This document shows positions 1-7,224 of a stretch of DNA of 14,098 nt, one piece after another (the first letter of the stretch is position 1; each line of letters begins with the position of its first letter). The notes under the pieces are model-generated. The model searched no databases. It worked only from the letters and a program-made list of their open reading frames with translations, and had not been told where the DNA came from. The DNA is from an uncultured Eubacteriales bacterium. Lineage in GTDB: Bacteria > Bacillota > Clostridia > Oscillospirales > Acutalibacteraceae. The stretch spans positions 1 through 14,098 of the forward strand of contig CASFAP010000133.1 in the NCBI GenBank assembly GCA_949292695.1. Direction: 5' to 3'. Made by a program: the position numbers and the translations under genes.

Positions 1-227
1 CCATGACGGCTACAATCCGCGATCAGACCGCGCGGCTTGTGCTCAGCGTCAAGGTGCAACGCAACCACGAGGTCAAGCGCGAGCAGGTCGCCGAGGAAAC
101 CTCCGACAGTTCTTCTGACGGCACCGTCAATCGCACAGTCCGCGGCAAAGGCGTTGTAAGCCGAAATGCTCCCTGCCCTTGTGGGAGTGGCAAAAAATAT
201 AAACGCTGTTGCGGCAAGGATCTGTAA
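1..227 (+). CDS. secA: 3' end of a preprotein translocase SecA-like gene (5'-partial). The C-terminal tail ends in the SEC-C zinc-binding motif [14 protein letters not shown].
   Basis: The frame-3 ORF runs off the left edge. Its C-terminus ...[20 protein letters not shown] matches the conserved SecA C-terminal Zn finger. The preceding charged, Ser-rich linker is typical of a SecA tail. Stop TAA is at 225-227. A short stand-alone SEC-C-domain protein cannot be excluded. Confidence 0.55.
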   Translation, partial: MTATIRDQTARLVLSVKVQRNHEVKREQVAEETSDSSSDGTVNRTVRGKGVVSRNAPCPCGSGKKYKRCCGKDL

Positions 228-233
228 AAATTT

Positions 234-258
234 CGCGGTCCGGTTTCCCCGGGCCGCG
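234..258 (+). terminator. GC-rich hairpin downstream of secA with no U-tract: CGCGGTCCGG-tttcc-CCGGGCCGCG.
   Basis: A 10-bp stem with one G·U wobble and a 5-nt loop, read directly from the sequence. It is preceded by an A-run and followed by GCTTGGCG, with no T-run. It could be a weak terminator or processing structure between secA and htpG. Confidence 0.3.
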
Positions 259-290
259 GCTTGGCGTCTAAAATAGGAAAGAAGGAAATC

Positions 291-2189
291 ATGATGGCAA
301 AAAAACAGTTTAAAGCCGAGTCCAAACGGCTACTCGATTTGATGATCCATTCGATCTACACCAACCGAGAAATCTTTTTGCGGGAGCTTATATCCAACGC
401 CAGCGACGCGCTCGATAAGCTCCATTATCTGTCGCTCACCGATGAGGCTGTGCGCGCGAAGTGCGGAGAATTGCATATTTTTATCTCGCCCGATAAAGAA
501 GCTCGCACCCTGACCATAACGGACAACGGCATCGGTATGACGGCCGAAGAGCTTGAGCACAACCTTGGTACCATTGCCAAAAGCGGTTCGCTCCAGTTTA
601 AGGAGTCGATCGACACTTCGGATGAAGAGGCGGTCAGCAATATCATCGGCCAGTTCGGCGTCGGCTTTTACTCGGCCTTTATGGTCAGCGATGAGGTGAC
701 GGTCCGCACGCGCTCTACCATAACCGACGAGGCAAACTGTTGGACATCGACTGGCGCTGATGGCTATACCATCAAGCCTTGCGATAAGGAAACCTATGGA
801 ACCGACATCATTTTAAAACTCAAGGCCGATACCGAGCAGGATTCTTACAGCGAATACTTAGAGCCCTATCGCCTCCAGCACCTCATTAAAACCTATTCCG
901 ATTATATCCGCTATCCCATCCGCATGGAACTCGAAAAAACGCGCACCGTTGGCGAAGGAGAGGATCAAAAGACCGAGACTTATAAAGAGGTCGAAACGGT
1001 CAACAGCATGGTGCCCATCTGGAAACGCGCCAAAAATGAGGTTTCGGAAGAAGAATGCCGGGCATACTATAAACAAAAGTTTTTTGACAGCGCTGATCCG
1101 CTCTATACCATCCGCATCAGTACCGAGGGCGTCGTTTCCTATCAGGCAATGCTTTTTGTGCCGGCCAGAGCCCCTTACGATTTTTACACCAAAGATTTTA
1201 AAAAGGGATTGCAACTTTATTCGAGCGGCGTGCTCATTATGGAGCAGTGCGCCGATTTGTTGCCTGACCACTTCCGGTTTGTGCGCGGTATTGTCGACTC
1301 GCAGGATCTTTCGCTCAATATTTCCCGCGAGATGCTCCAGCAGGACCACCAGCTCAAAGCCATAGCGCAAAATATTGAAAAGAAAATTTTGTCTGAGCTG
1401 AAAAAAGGCCTGGCGAATGACCGCGAGACCTATGAGAAGTTTTTTGACGCCTTTGGTCTGCAACTAAAATACGGCGTCGTATCGGATTACGGCATGCATA
1501 AGGACAAGCTCAAGGATCTGCTTCTGTTCTATTCTGCTTCCCAGCAAAAGCGCATTACACTCGAAGAATATATCACGGCCATGCCGGAAGATCAAAAATA
1601 TATCTATTATGCCTGCGGGGAGACAGTGCAAAAAATCGGCGCGCTCCCGCAAGCTGAGCTCGTCAAAGACAAAGGCTATGATATGCTCTGCCTGACCGAT
1701 GAGGTCGATGAGTTCGTCATGCAGATGCTGGGCGAGATTTCAGGAAAAACCGCCCGCTCCATCAAAGACGATAACGCGGAACTTCAGTCGGACGATACGA
1801 AAGAAAAAATTGAAACCGCCGCCGAAGAGAACAAAGAGCTCCTTGCCTTTTTAAAGGAAACGTTAGGCGAAAGGGTCCATGACGTCAAACTCTCGCAGAA
1901 ATTAAAGTCCCACCCGGTGTGCTTAAGCGCAACTGGCGGTATCACTTTTGAGATGGAAAAGTATTTCGCCGCCATGCCAGGAAACGAAATGAAACCCAAA
2001 GCCCAGCGCGTGCTGGAACTGAATGCCGAACATCCGGTTTTTGAAGCCTTAAAAAGGGCTTATGCATCCGACCGCGAGCGAGCAAAAACCCTTGGCGAGA
2101 TTCTCTATGATCAGGCGCTTTTGATCGCCGATTTGCCACTCGATGACCCAGCGCATTATACCGAGCTGGTCTGCTCGTTAATGCAGTGA
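291..2189 (+). CDS. htpG: Molecular chaperone HtpG (Hsp90 family), 632 aa.
   Basis: It carries the diagnostic N-terminal ATPase motif IYTNREIFLRELISNASDALDKL, and its length is typical of bacterial HtpG. The track ORF begins at TTG 261. The more plausible start is ATG 291 (or 294), directly after the RBS AAGGAAAT at 283-289. Stop TGA is at 2187-2189. Confidence 0.92.
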   Translation: MMAKKQFKAESKRLLDLMIHSIYTNREIFLRELISNASDALDKLHYLSLTDEAVRAKCGELHIFISPDKEARTLTITDNGIGMTAEELEHNLGTIAKSGSLQFKESIDTSDEEAVSNIIGQFGVGFYSAFMVSDEVTVRTRSTITDEANCWTSTGADGYTIKPCDKETYGTDIILKLKADTEQDSYSEYLEPYRLQHLIKTYSDYIRYPIRMELEKTRTVGEGEDQKTETYKEVETVNSMVPIWKRAKNEVSEEECRAYYKQKFFDSADPLYTIRISTEGVVSYQAMLFVPARAPYDFYTKDFKKGLQLYSSGVLIMEQCADLLPDHFRFVRGIVDSQDLSLNISREMLQQDHQLKAIAQNIEKKILSELKKGLANDRETYEKFFDAFGLQLKYGVVSDYGMHKDKLKDLLLFYSASQQKRITLEEYITAMPEDQKYIYYACGETVQKIGALPQAELVKDKGYDMLCLTDEVDEFVMQMLGEISGKTARSIKDDNAELQSDDTKEKIETAAEENKELLAFLKETLGERVHDVKLSQKLKSHPVCLSATGGITFEMEKYFAAMPGNEMKPKAQRVLELNAEHPVFEALKRAYASDRERAKTLGEILYDQALLIADLPLDDPAHYTELVCSLMQ

Positions 2190-2804
2190 TTCTCCCTGCT
2201 GTTTTAACCATCGATCCATCCGATCCGCAAGCCAGTCCCCGGCGTCGACATTGACTTCATGCCCAGCGCCTGGCACCGATTCAAACTGCGCGTTCGGCAA
2301 AGATTCAGCCAAACGCCGGCAGGATTTTTGATTTGCCTTATCTCTTTCGCCGCAAAGCACAAGGGTCGGGCAGGTGATTTTTTGCAGTTGCCCGCCAAAA
2401 TCCAACTTCCGCATCGAACTCGTAAGAGACCGAAAATCCCGCTTGCAGAATCCCGTTGCCGCAAAGGCCTTTTCTGGCATAAACCGAAAGATAATGTCTT
2501 GAAGCGTTAAAAGCCCCTTTGGCATTCGGTCGGGCGCCGCAATCAAAATGAGACCGGTGACTCGCTCTGGGTGTTCGGCCGCATATTGAAGCGCAAGGAT
2601 CCCGCCCAAGGATAGCCCGCAGAGCAAAAGCGGCTCCTCGCTTTGGCAGGCAAAGGCGCAAAACGCTCGGTAAAGGGTATCATAGGTGGGCTCGCATCCC
2701 GCAAGGTATGCCGCGAGGTCCGGGCAAGCGGCGCCGAACTTTTCGCTCAGAAGGCGCCAGCTCTCTGGCGTCTGACCGAGCCCGTGCAACAATATCGTAC
2801 GCAA
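2178..2804 (-). CDS. Small alpha/beta-fold hydrolase (esterase/lipase-like), about 208 aa.
   Basis: It shows HG oxyanion motif LLHGLGQT, nucleophile elbow GLSLGG, acid residue in CGERDK, and a His in GAGHEV. The track start at 3023 would run through the rpsO promoter and rpsO itself. I place the start at TTG 2804..2802, which is preceded by RBS AAGAAGGGGGA with 8-nt spacing and gives M-RTILLHGLG, a typical hydrolase N-terminus. The 3' end overlaps the htpG stop convergently by 12 nt. Confidence 0.75.
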   Translation of the reverse strand: MRTILLHGLGQTPESWRLLSEKFGAACPDLAAYLAGCEPTYDTLYRAFCAFACQSEEPLLLCGLSLGGILALQYAAEHPERVTGLILIAAPDRMPKGLLTLQDIIFRFMPEKAFAATGFCKRDFRSLTSSMRKLDFGGQLQKITCPTLVLCGERDKANQKSCRRLAESLPNAQFESVPGAGHEVNVDAGDWLADRMDRWLKQQGESLH

Positions 2805-2826
2805 GGATAATTCCCCCTTCTTGCAT

Positions 2827-2856
2827 ATGTTATCACAAAGCCTACTCGTATGGCAA
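2827..2856 (-). promoter_or_regulatory. Putative sigma-A promoter for the hydrolase gene on the minus strand: -35 TTGCCA, 18-nt spacer, extended -10 TGaTAACAT.
   Basis: Read on the minus strand it is TTGCCA tacgagtaggctttgtga TAACAT, with TG one base upstream of the -10. It sits about 20 nt upstream of the proposed TTG start. It is divergent and back-to-back with the rpsO promoter. Confidence 0.4.
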
Positions 2857-2864
2857 GAAAAAGC

Positions 2865-2893
2865 TTTACTTTTTGAAAACCGCATGCTATAAT
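2865..2893 (+). promoter_or_regulatory. Putative rpsO promoter: weak -35 TTTACT, 17-nt spacer, perfect extended -10 TGcTATAAT.
   Basis: TGCTATAAT lies at 2885-2893 and TTTACT at 2865-2870. An alternative -35, TTGAAA at 2873-2878, is only 9 nt away and was rejected. This leaves a 5' UTR of about 95 nt for rpsO. Confidence 0.5.
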
Positions 2894-2903
2894 ACAGAAG
2901 ATA

Positions 2904-2940
2904 CCGCTTACTATGCTTATGGGCGTTTGCCGCTAAGCGG
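2904..2940 (+). promoter_or_regulatory. Stem-loop in the rpsO 5' UTR (CCGCTTA ... TAAGCGG). It is a candidate S15 autoregulatory leader structure.
   Basis: A 7-bp stem, 2904-2910 with 2934-2940, encloses a sub-helix GGC..GCC. From established knowledge, ribosomal protein S15 represses translation by binding a structured element in its own mRNA leader in several bacterial phyla. Confidence 0.3.
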
Positions 2941-2994
2941 AGCACCAGAACCCTTTGCTTGGTTTGCGGTGAAGTAATGAAAGAGGTGACAGAA

Positions 2995-3258
2995 ATGCTG
3001 AAAGAGGAAAAGCAACAGATCATTGATACCTACAAGACGCATGAAGGCGACACTGGCTCGCCTGAGGTTCAAATTGCGCTTTTGACCACGCGTATCAATG
3101 AGTTGACCGAGCACTTGAAGGTCCATAAAAAGGACCACCACTCCCGCCGCGGCCTTTTAAAGATGGTCGGTCACAGGCGGAACCTGCTCGCTTACCTGAT
3201 GAAGAACGATATCGAACGGTATCGCGCCATCATTGCGAAGCTTGGCATCCGTAAGTAA
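2995..3258 (+). CDS. rpsO: 30S ribosomal protein S15, 87 aa.
   Basis: Conserved S15 signature [44 protein letters not shown]. The track start at 2959 is over-extended. ATG 2995 is preceded by RBS AAGAGGTGA at 2981-2989 and gives the canonical length. Stop TAA is at 3256-3258. Confidence 0.93.
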   Translation: MLKEEKQQIIDTYKTHEGDTGSPEVQIALLTTRINELTEHLKVHKKDHHSRRGLLKMVGHRRNLLAYLMKNDIERYRAIIAKLGIRK

Positions 3259-3267
3259 GTTGTGTTC

Positions 3268-3296
3268 GAGGCAGACCGGCTCGGCCGGCCTGCCTC
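3268..3296 (+). promoter_or_regulatory. rpsO-pnp intergenic hairpin GAGGCAGaCCGGC-tcg-GCCGGcCTGCCTC. It may be a partial terminator or an RNase III-type processing stem.
   Basis: A 12-13 bp GC-rich inverted repeat lies immediately 3' of rpsO with no tight U-tract after it. From established knowledge, rpsO-pnp intergenic regions in many bacteria carry processed hairpins that control pnp expression. Confidence 0.45.
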
Positions 3297-3413
3297 GTTA
3301 CATGAAAACGGGGTGTTTTTGTGTTTTAGCAGTGAATCGGCGCGCCGAATTTCGGCGTGTGGATTTATTGCTAAACCGGATTGCCCCGTAATTAAAAATT
3401 ATGGAGGTAAATC

Positions 3414-5615
3414 ATGTACGAAAACTTCAAAGTGTTTGAAACCGAATTTGCCGGGCGCCCGTTGAAAGTCGAGACCGGCAAAATGGGCCTGTTGGCCGGC
3501 GGCTCCTGCCTTGTCAGATATGGTGAAACCGCCGTCTTCTGCACCGCGACCGCATCGGCCAAGCCCCGCGACGGCATCGACTTTTTGCCGCTGTCGGTCG
3601 ATTTTGAGGAAAAGCTCTATTCGGTCGGCAAAATCCCCGGCTCCTTTACCCGCCGCGAAGGCAAACCCAGCGAGAAGGCCATTTTGGCCTCCCGCGTCAT
3701 CGACCGGCCCATCCGCCCGCTCTTCCCGAAGGATATGCGCAATGACGTATCCGTCGTCTGCACAGTGATGTCGGTCGATCCCGATTGCTCGCCAGAAATT
3801 TGCGGTATGGTCGGCGCATCCATCGCGCTCTCGATCTCCAATATCCCGTGGGATGGCCCCATCAGCGGCGTTAGCGTCGGCTATGTCGACGGCGAAATCG
3901 TATTGAATCCCAATGCTGAACAGCAACAAAAGTCGATTTTGCAACTGACCGTCGCTTCGACCGCCGACCTCGTCGCCATGATTGAAGCCGGCGCCGCCGA
4001 AGTCGACAATGACGTCATGTTTGACGCGATCATGAAGGGCCATGCTGAAAACCAAAAGATGGTCTCCTTTATTCGGGGCATCCAGGATGAAATCGGCAAG
4101 CCAAAATTCACATTCGAAACCAGCGATCCTTCTCCTGAAATGTTCGAAGCCGTTAAGGAATTTGCGATTGAAGATGTTCGCGCCGCGCTGGATACCGATG
4201 ATAAAACGGTGCGCGACGAGCGTTTGCGCCCGATTTATGACGCGGTCCACGCCAAATTCGACGAAGTTTATCCCGGCGAAGAAGCGAAACTCGAAGAATG
4301 CCTTTATAAATTGCAAAAATTCGTGGTCCGCCGTTGGTTATTAGATGATGGCAAACGTGTCGACGGACGTGGCCTCGATGAAATCCGTCCGCTTTGGGCC
4401 GAGGTGGGGCTTTTGCCGCGCGTGCACGGTTCTGGTCTCTTTGCCCGCGGGCAAACCCAGGTTCTGACAATTGCCACCTTGGGATCCATTCGCGATAGCC
4501 AGTTGCTCGACGGCATCGATAACGAAGAGACCAAACGTTATATGCACCATTACAATATGCCGTCTTATTCAGTCGGCGAGACTCGCCCCTCCCGCGGACC
4601 GGGCCGCCGCGAAATCGGACACGGTGCTTTGGCCGAACGCGCGCTGTTGCCGGTCATCCCCAGCGACGAGGAATTCCCCTATTCGCTCAGGCTTGTTTCG
4701 GAGGTGCTCTCCTCAAACGGCTCGACCTCGCAGGGTTCGATCTGCGGTTCGACCTTGGCGCTGATGGATGCCGGTGTGCCGATCAAAGCGCCAGTTGCCG
4801 GTATTTCCTGCGGTCTTGTAACCGAAGGAGATCGCTTCATCACGATGGTCGACATTCAAGGCCTTGAGGACTTTTTCGGCGACATGGACTTCAAAGTTGC
4901 CGGAACGCATAAAGGAATCACCGCCATTCAGATGGATTTAAAGGTGCACGGGCTGACGCCTGCCATTATTCGCGAAGCTTTGGATAAGACCTATAAAGCG
5001 CGCCTTTACATCCTGGATGAAGTGATGTTGAAGGCCATTCCTGAACCGCGCAAAGAGCTCTCTAAGTATGCGCCCAAGATGCTGACAACCAAGATTCACC
5101 CTGACAAGATCCGCGAGGTCATCGGTTCGGGTGGCAAGGTCATCCAGAAGATTCAGGCAGACTGCAATTGCAAAATTGACATTGAGGATGACGGCCAGGT
5201 CTTTATTTCGGCTATCGATATTGAGGACGCAAAACGCGCGCTCATGATTGTCGAGACCATTGCCCTTGATCCGGAAATTGGCGCGATCTACAAAGGCAAA
5301 GTCACCCGCTTAATGAACTTTGGCGCCTTTGTTGAGATTGCACCGGGCAAAGAAGGTCTTGTGCACATCAGCAAGCTTGACGTCAAGCATGTCGACAAGG
5401 TCGAGGACGTTGTCGCAGTCGGTGATGAGGTGATCGTCAAGGTCACAGAAATCGACGATCAGGGCCGGCTAAATTTAAGCCGTCGCGACGCCCTCATTGA
5501 AGTCGAAGGCTTAACACCTGAAAACGACCTTTCCGAAGAACCGCAACGCCGTTCCCGCCCGCGCAGTGGCGGCGGAAACCGCCCAGGTTTCCGCAATAAA
5601 AAGCGCGGCCAATAA
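3414..5615 (+). CDS. pnp: Polyribonucleotide nucleotidyltransferase (PNPase), 733 aa.
   Basis: Full-length match to the PNPase architecture: two RNase PH-like domains, then KH (IREVIGSGGKVIQKI), then S1 (GKVTRLMNFGAFVEIAPGKEGLVHIS), then an R/G-rich tail. RBS GGAGGT is at 3402-3407, 6 nt before ATG 3414. Stop TAA is at 5613-5615. The position after rpsO is the conserved gene order. Confidence 0.95.
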   Translation: MYENFKVFETEFAGRPLKVETGKMGLLAGGSCLVRYGETAVFCTATASAKPRDGIDFLPLSVDFEEKLYSVGKIPGSFTRREGKPSEKAILASRVIDRPIRPLFPKDMRNDVSVVCTVMSVDPDCSPEICGMVGASIALSISNIPWDGPISGVSVGYVDGEIVLNPNAEQQQKSILQLTVASTADLVAMIEAGAAEVDNDVMFDAIMKGHAENQKMVSFIRGIQDEIGKPKFTFETSDPSPEMFEAVKEFAIEDVRAALDTDDKTVRDERLRPIYDAVHAKFDEVYPGEEAKLEECLYKLQKFVVRRWLLDDGKRVDGRGLDEIRPLWAEVGLLPRVHGSGLFARGQTQVLTIATLGSIRDSQLLDGIDNEETKRYMHHYNMPSYSVGETRPSRGPGRREIGHGALAERALLPVIPSDEEFPYSLRLVSEVLSSNGSTSQGSICGSTLALMDAGVPIKAPVAGISCGLVTEGDRFITMVDIQGLEDFFGDMDFKVAGTHKGITAIQMDLKVHGLTPAIIREALDKTYKARLYILDEVMLKAIPEPRKELSKYAPKMLTTKIHPDKIREVIGSGGKVIQKIQADCNCKIDIEDDGQVFISAIDIEDAKRALMIVETIALDPEIGAIYKGKVTRLMNFGAFVEIAPGKEGLVHISKLDVKHVDKVEDVVAVGDEVIVKVTEIDDQGRLNLSRRDALIEVEGLTPENDLSEEPQRRSRPRSGGGNRPGFRNKKRGQ

Positions 5616-5627
5616 ATCTGATTCAAA

Positions 5628-5663
5628 CAGTGCGTACCCAATTGGGTGCGCACTGTTTTTTTG
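5628..5663 (+). terminator. Rho-independent terminator of pnp.
   Basis: A 12-bp stem CAGTGCGTACCC / GGGTGCGCACTG with one G·U and loop AATT, followed by 7 T's at 5657-5663. Confidence 0.8.
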
Positions 5664-5912
5664 AATAGGGTTTGATAGGCCGGATGAATGCGGGTAAAGA
5701 AAAAATTTGCATGCCAAAAAATGTGTCGCCCGGCACCGAACGCATCGGACTGCCGTTGCCGGTTATCGGTTGTGGTGATAATCCTACGTAGCGCCGCAAC
5801 CGGCGACCTTTGGCCGCTTTGCATGATTTGCCTGCGCATATTACAAAAGCAAACTAGAATCGAATCGCATATTTTAAACACAAGAAAGTTAAAAAATTTC
5901 TTTTGAAATCTA

Positions 5913-5941
5913 TTGACATTCAAATGAATGTATGATAGAAT
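5913..5941 (+). promoter_or_regulatory. Near-consensus sigma-A promoter of the MerR-like/nfeD/floT operon: -35 TTGACA, 17-nt spacer, extended -10 TGaTAGAAT. A perfect palindrome CATTCAaaTGAATG (5917-5930) is embedded in the spacer.
   Basis: TTGACA at 5913-5918, TG at 5933-5934 and TAGAAT at 5936-5941. An AT-rich UP-like tract lies upstream at 5880-5910. The 6-2-6 inverted repeat overlaps the end of the -35 box and the spacer. RBS AAAGGTGG follows at 5955-5962. Confidence 0.55.
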
Positions 5942-5969
5942 GCAGATAAAGTCGAAAGGTGGTGGCTAG

Positions 5970-6536
5970 ATGGACGCGACATTCCCAGGTTCAGTCATTC
6001 CCCGGCAGGGTAAATCAGCGCAAGAATTTTTGGAAGGTCTTTTTTTTGCGACCAAAGGCATTATGCTACTCCAAGTGCGAGAAATCACCGGGCTGGATAC
6101 GCCGGTCATTCAAAATTGGGTCAGCCGCGGCTGGGTGCAAAAGCCGGTTGAAAAACGATATTCTGCCGACCATCTAGCGCGTATTATGCTCATCAATATG
6201 TTGCGTCCGGTGGCAAAACTGGAGCATGTCGCGCAGATTTTGGCCTATATCAACGGCGATGCAGGAAATTCTGCGGATGACATTATTCCGGAGTCGACGC
6301 TGTATATTTATGTATGCGACATTCTCGATCAAGTGGACTTTGAAACCGTGCTGACGGAACAAGAGCTTCGCTCCGTGATTGAAGCGAAAATTGGTGATTA
6401 TCGCGAGCCGTTTGCCGGCGCACGCGAAAAACTGATTGGCGGCATTCAGTTGATTCTGCTTTATTACGCCGCCGCCATTTTAAAAGTTCGTGCCGACCGG
6501 ATGATCGGCCAACTCAGCATTGCCGAGGCCGAATGA
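5970..6536 (+). CDS. Small cytoplasmic protein (188 aa) with a MerR-like helix-turn-helix signature, reminiscent of the DUF1836 family. It is the first gene of the flotillin operon.
   Basis: ATG 5970 lies 7 nt after RBS AAAGGTGG. The segment GIMLLQVREITGLDTPVIQNWVSRGWVQKPVEKRYSADHLARIMLINMLR fits the MerR-type HTH pattern: hydrophobic-x2-E/V-x3-G-x7-W-x3-G-x6-R-Y-x3-hL-x2-I. There are no TM segments. The family assignment comes from motif recognition only. Confidence 0.7.
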   Translation: MDATFPGSVIPRQGKSAQEFLEGLFFATKGIMLLQVREITGLDTPVIQNWVSRGWVQKPVEKRYSADHLARIMLINMLRPVAKLEHVAQILAYINGDAGNSADDIIPESTLYIYVCDILDQVDFETVLTEQELRSVIEAKIGDYREPFAGAREKLIGGIQLILLYYAAAILKVRADRMIGQLSIAEAE

Positions 6537-6603
6537 TTAAGGAGTGCTTGAGACCAAAGTATCATGTTAGGGATACAATCTTTTGAGGAAAGGGGTATGT
6601 TTT

Positions 6604-7224
6604 ATGGTAGCATGGTGGGACAGCTTAAGTTTAGCAGGGCAGATTTATGCGGCAATTGCAATTCCGGCGACCGTCGTTATGCTGGTGCAGGCCATCCTTC
6701 TGTTGGTCGGTGTCGGAATTGACGGCGATGTTGACGGCGACGGTGTGCCCGACGCTGATCTAGACAGTGACGGATTGGGGTTGATCTCAATTCGGGGAAT
6801 CGTCGCGTTTTTCTCCATCGGCGGTTGGGCCGGATTTGTGGCCGATGCCGGCGGGCTCCCGGTTGCTGTTTCGGTGCTCATTGCCTTTGCGGCTGGCCTG
6901 ATCGCGTTGTTTGGCGTCGCATTCCTGTTCAAAAGCTTTTACAAACTTCAAGGTAGCGGCAACCTTATGATTGAGAATGCAGTAGGCAAGGCCGCAAAGG
7001 TCTACCTAACGGTGCCGCCAAAGGGCCAGGGGCACGGGAAAGTCAATCTTTTGCTCCAAGAGCAATTAGTCGAACTCGATGCCCTGAATGCCGGTGACAC
7101 CCCGTTTTTAACGGGGCAGAGCGTCATAGTCTGTTCTGTCGCCGACTCACAAACCGTTGTTGTGAAAGGCTTGGATACAGAAAAAAATGCAACAAATAGA
7201 GGAGGAATTTCGAAATGGAACTAG
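6604..7224 (+). CDS. NfeD-like membrane protein (YuaF/YqiJ-type, 206 aa). It has N-terminal TM helices, an acidic DxDxDG loop, and a C-terminal soluble beta-rich (OB-fold-like) domain.
   Basis: Hydrophobic segments IYAAIAIPATVVMLVQAILLLVGV and IVAFFSIGGWAGFV...VLIAFAAGLIALFGVAFLF are followed by a C-terminal region, KVYLTVPPKGQGHGKVNLLL...SVIVCSVADSQTVVVKGL, typical of the NfeD short-form OB domain. It lies directly upstream of a flotillin gene and overlaps its start by 10 nt. The track start TTG 6583 is replaced by ATG 6604, which has an RBS GAGGAAAGGGG. Stop TAG is at 7222-7224. Confidence 0.8.
   Translation: MVAWWDSLSLAGQIYAAIAIPATVVMLVQAILLLVGVGIDGDVDGDGVPDADLDSDGLGLISIRGIVAFFSIGGWAGFVADAGGLPVAVSVLIAFAAGLIALFGVAFLFKSFYKLQGSGNLMIENAVGKAAKVYLTVPPKGQGHGKVNLLLQEQLVELDALNAGDTPFLTGQSVIVCSVADSQTVVVKGLDTEKNATNRGGISKWN

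Noticed and set aside
228-290. Search for a heat-shock operator (CIRCE TTAGCACTC-N9-GAGTGCTAA or a CtsR box) or a sigma-A promoter upstream of htpG
   Set aside because: None is present. Only TAAAAT at 270-275, with no matching -35, lies in the 63-bp gap. htpG may be transcribed by read-through from secA or from a promoter within the secA 3' end, so no promoter is called.
858-1463. 201-aa minus-strand ORF, and the 138-aa plus-strand ORF at 949-1365, inside htpG
   Set aside because: Both lie entirely within, or antisense to, the well-supported htpG reading frame. They have no RBS and no recognisable motifs, so they are ordinary shadow ORFs.
2959-3023. ORF-track extended starts: rpsO at 2959, hydrolase at 3023, crp at 11103, htpG at 261
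   Set aside because: The longest-ORF starts would overlap neighbouring genes or promoters and lack RBSs. Internal starts with good SD spacing and family-typical protein lengths were preferred.
3364-3394. Possible pnp-proximal promoter TTGCTA-15-TAATTA or TTTATT-19-TAATTA
   Set aside because: The spacer lengths are 15 and 19, neither canonical, and there is no extended -10. It is too weak to call, and pnp is likely co-transcribed from the rpsO promoter.
3399-4316. 305-aa minus-strand ORF antisense to pnp
   Set aside because: It is an antisense shadow of a highly conserved PNPase coding region. Its sequence is low-complexity and G/A-rich with no domain signature.
5688-5906. 72-aa Cys-containing ORF in the pnp/flotillin intergenic region
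   Set aside because: There is no credible RBS, the codon third-position composition is unlike that of neighbouring genes, and it runs into the operon promoter. It is more likely non-coding spacer with some RNA structure.
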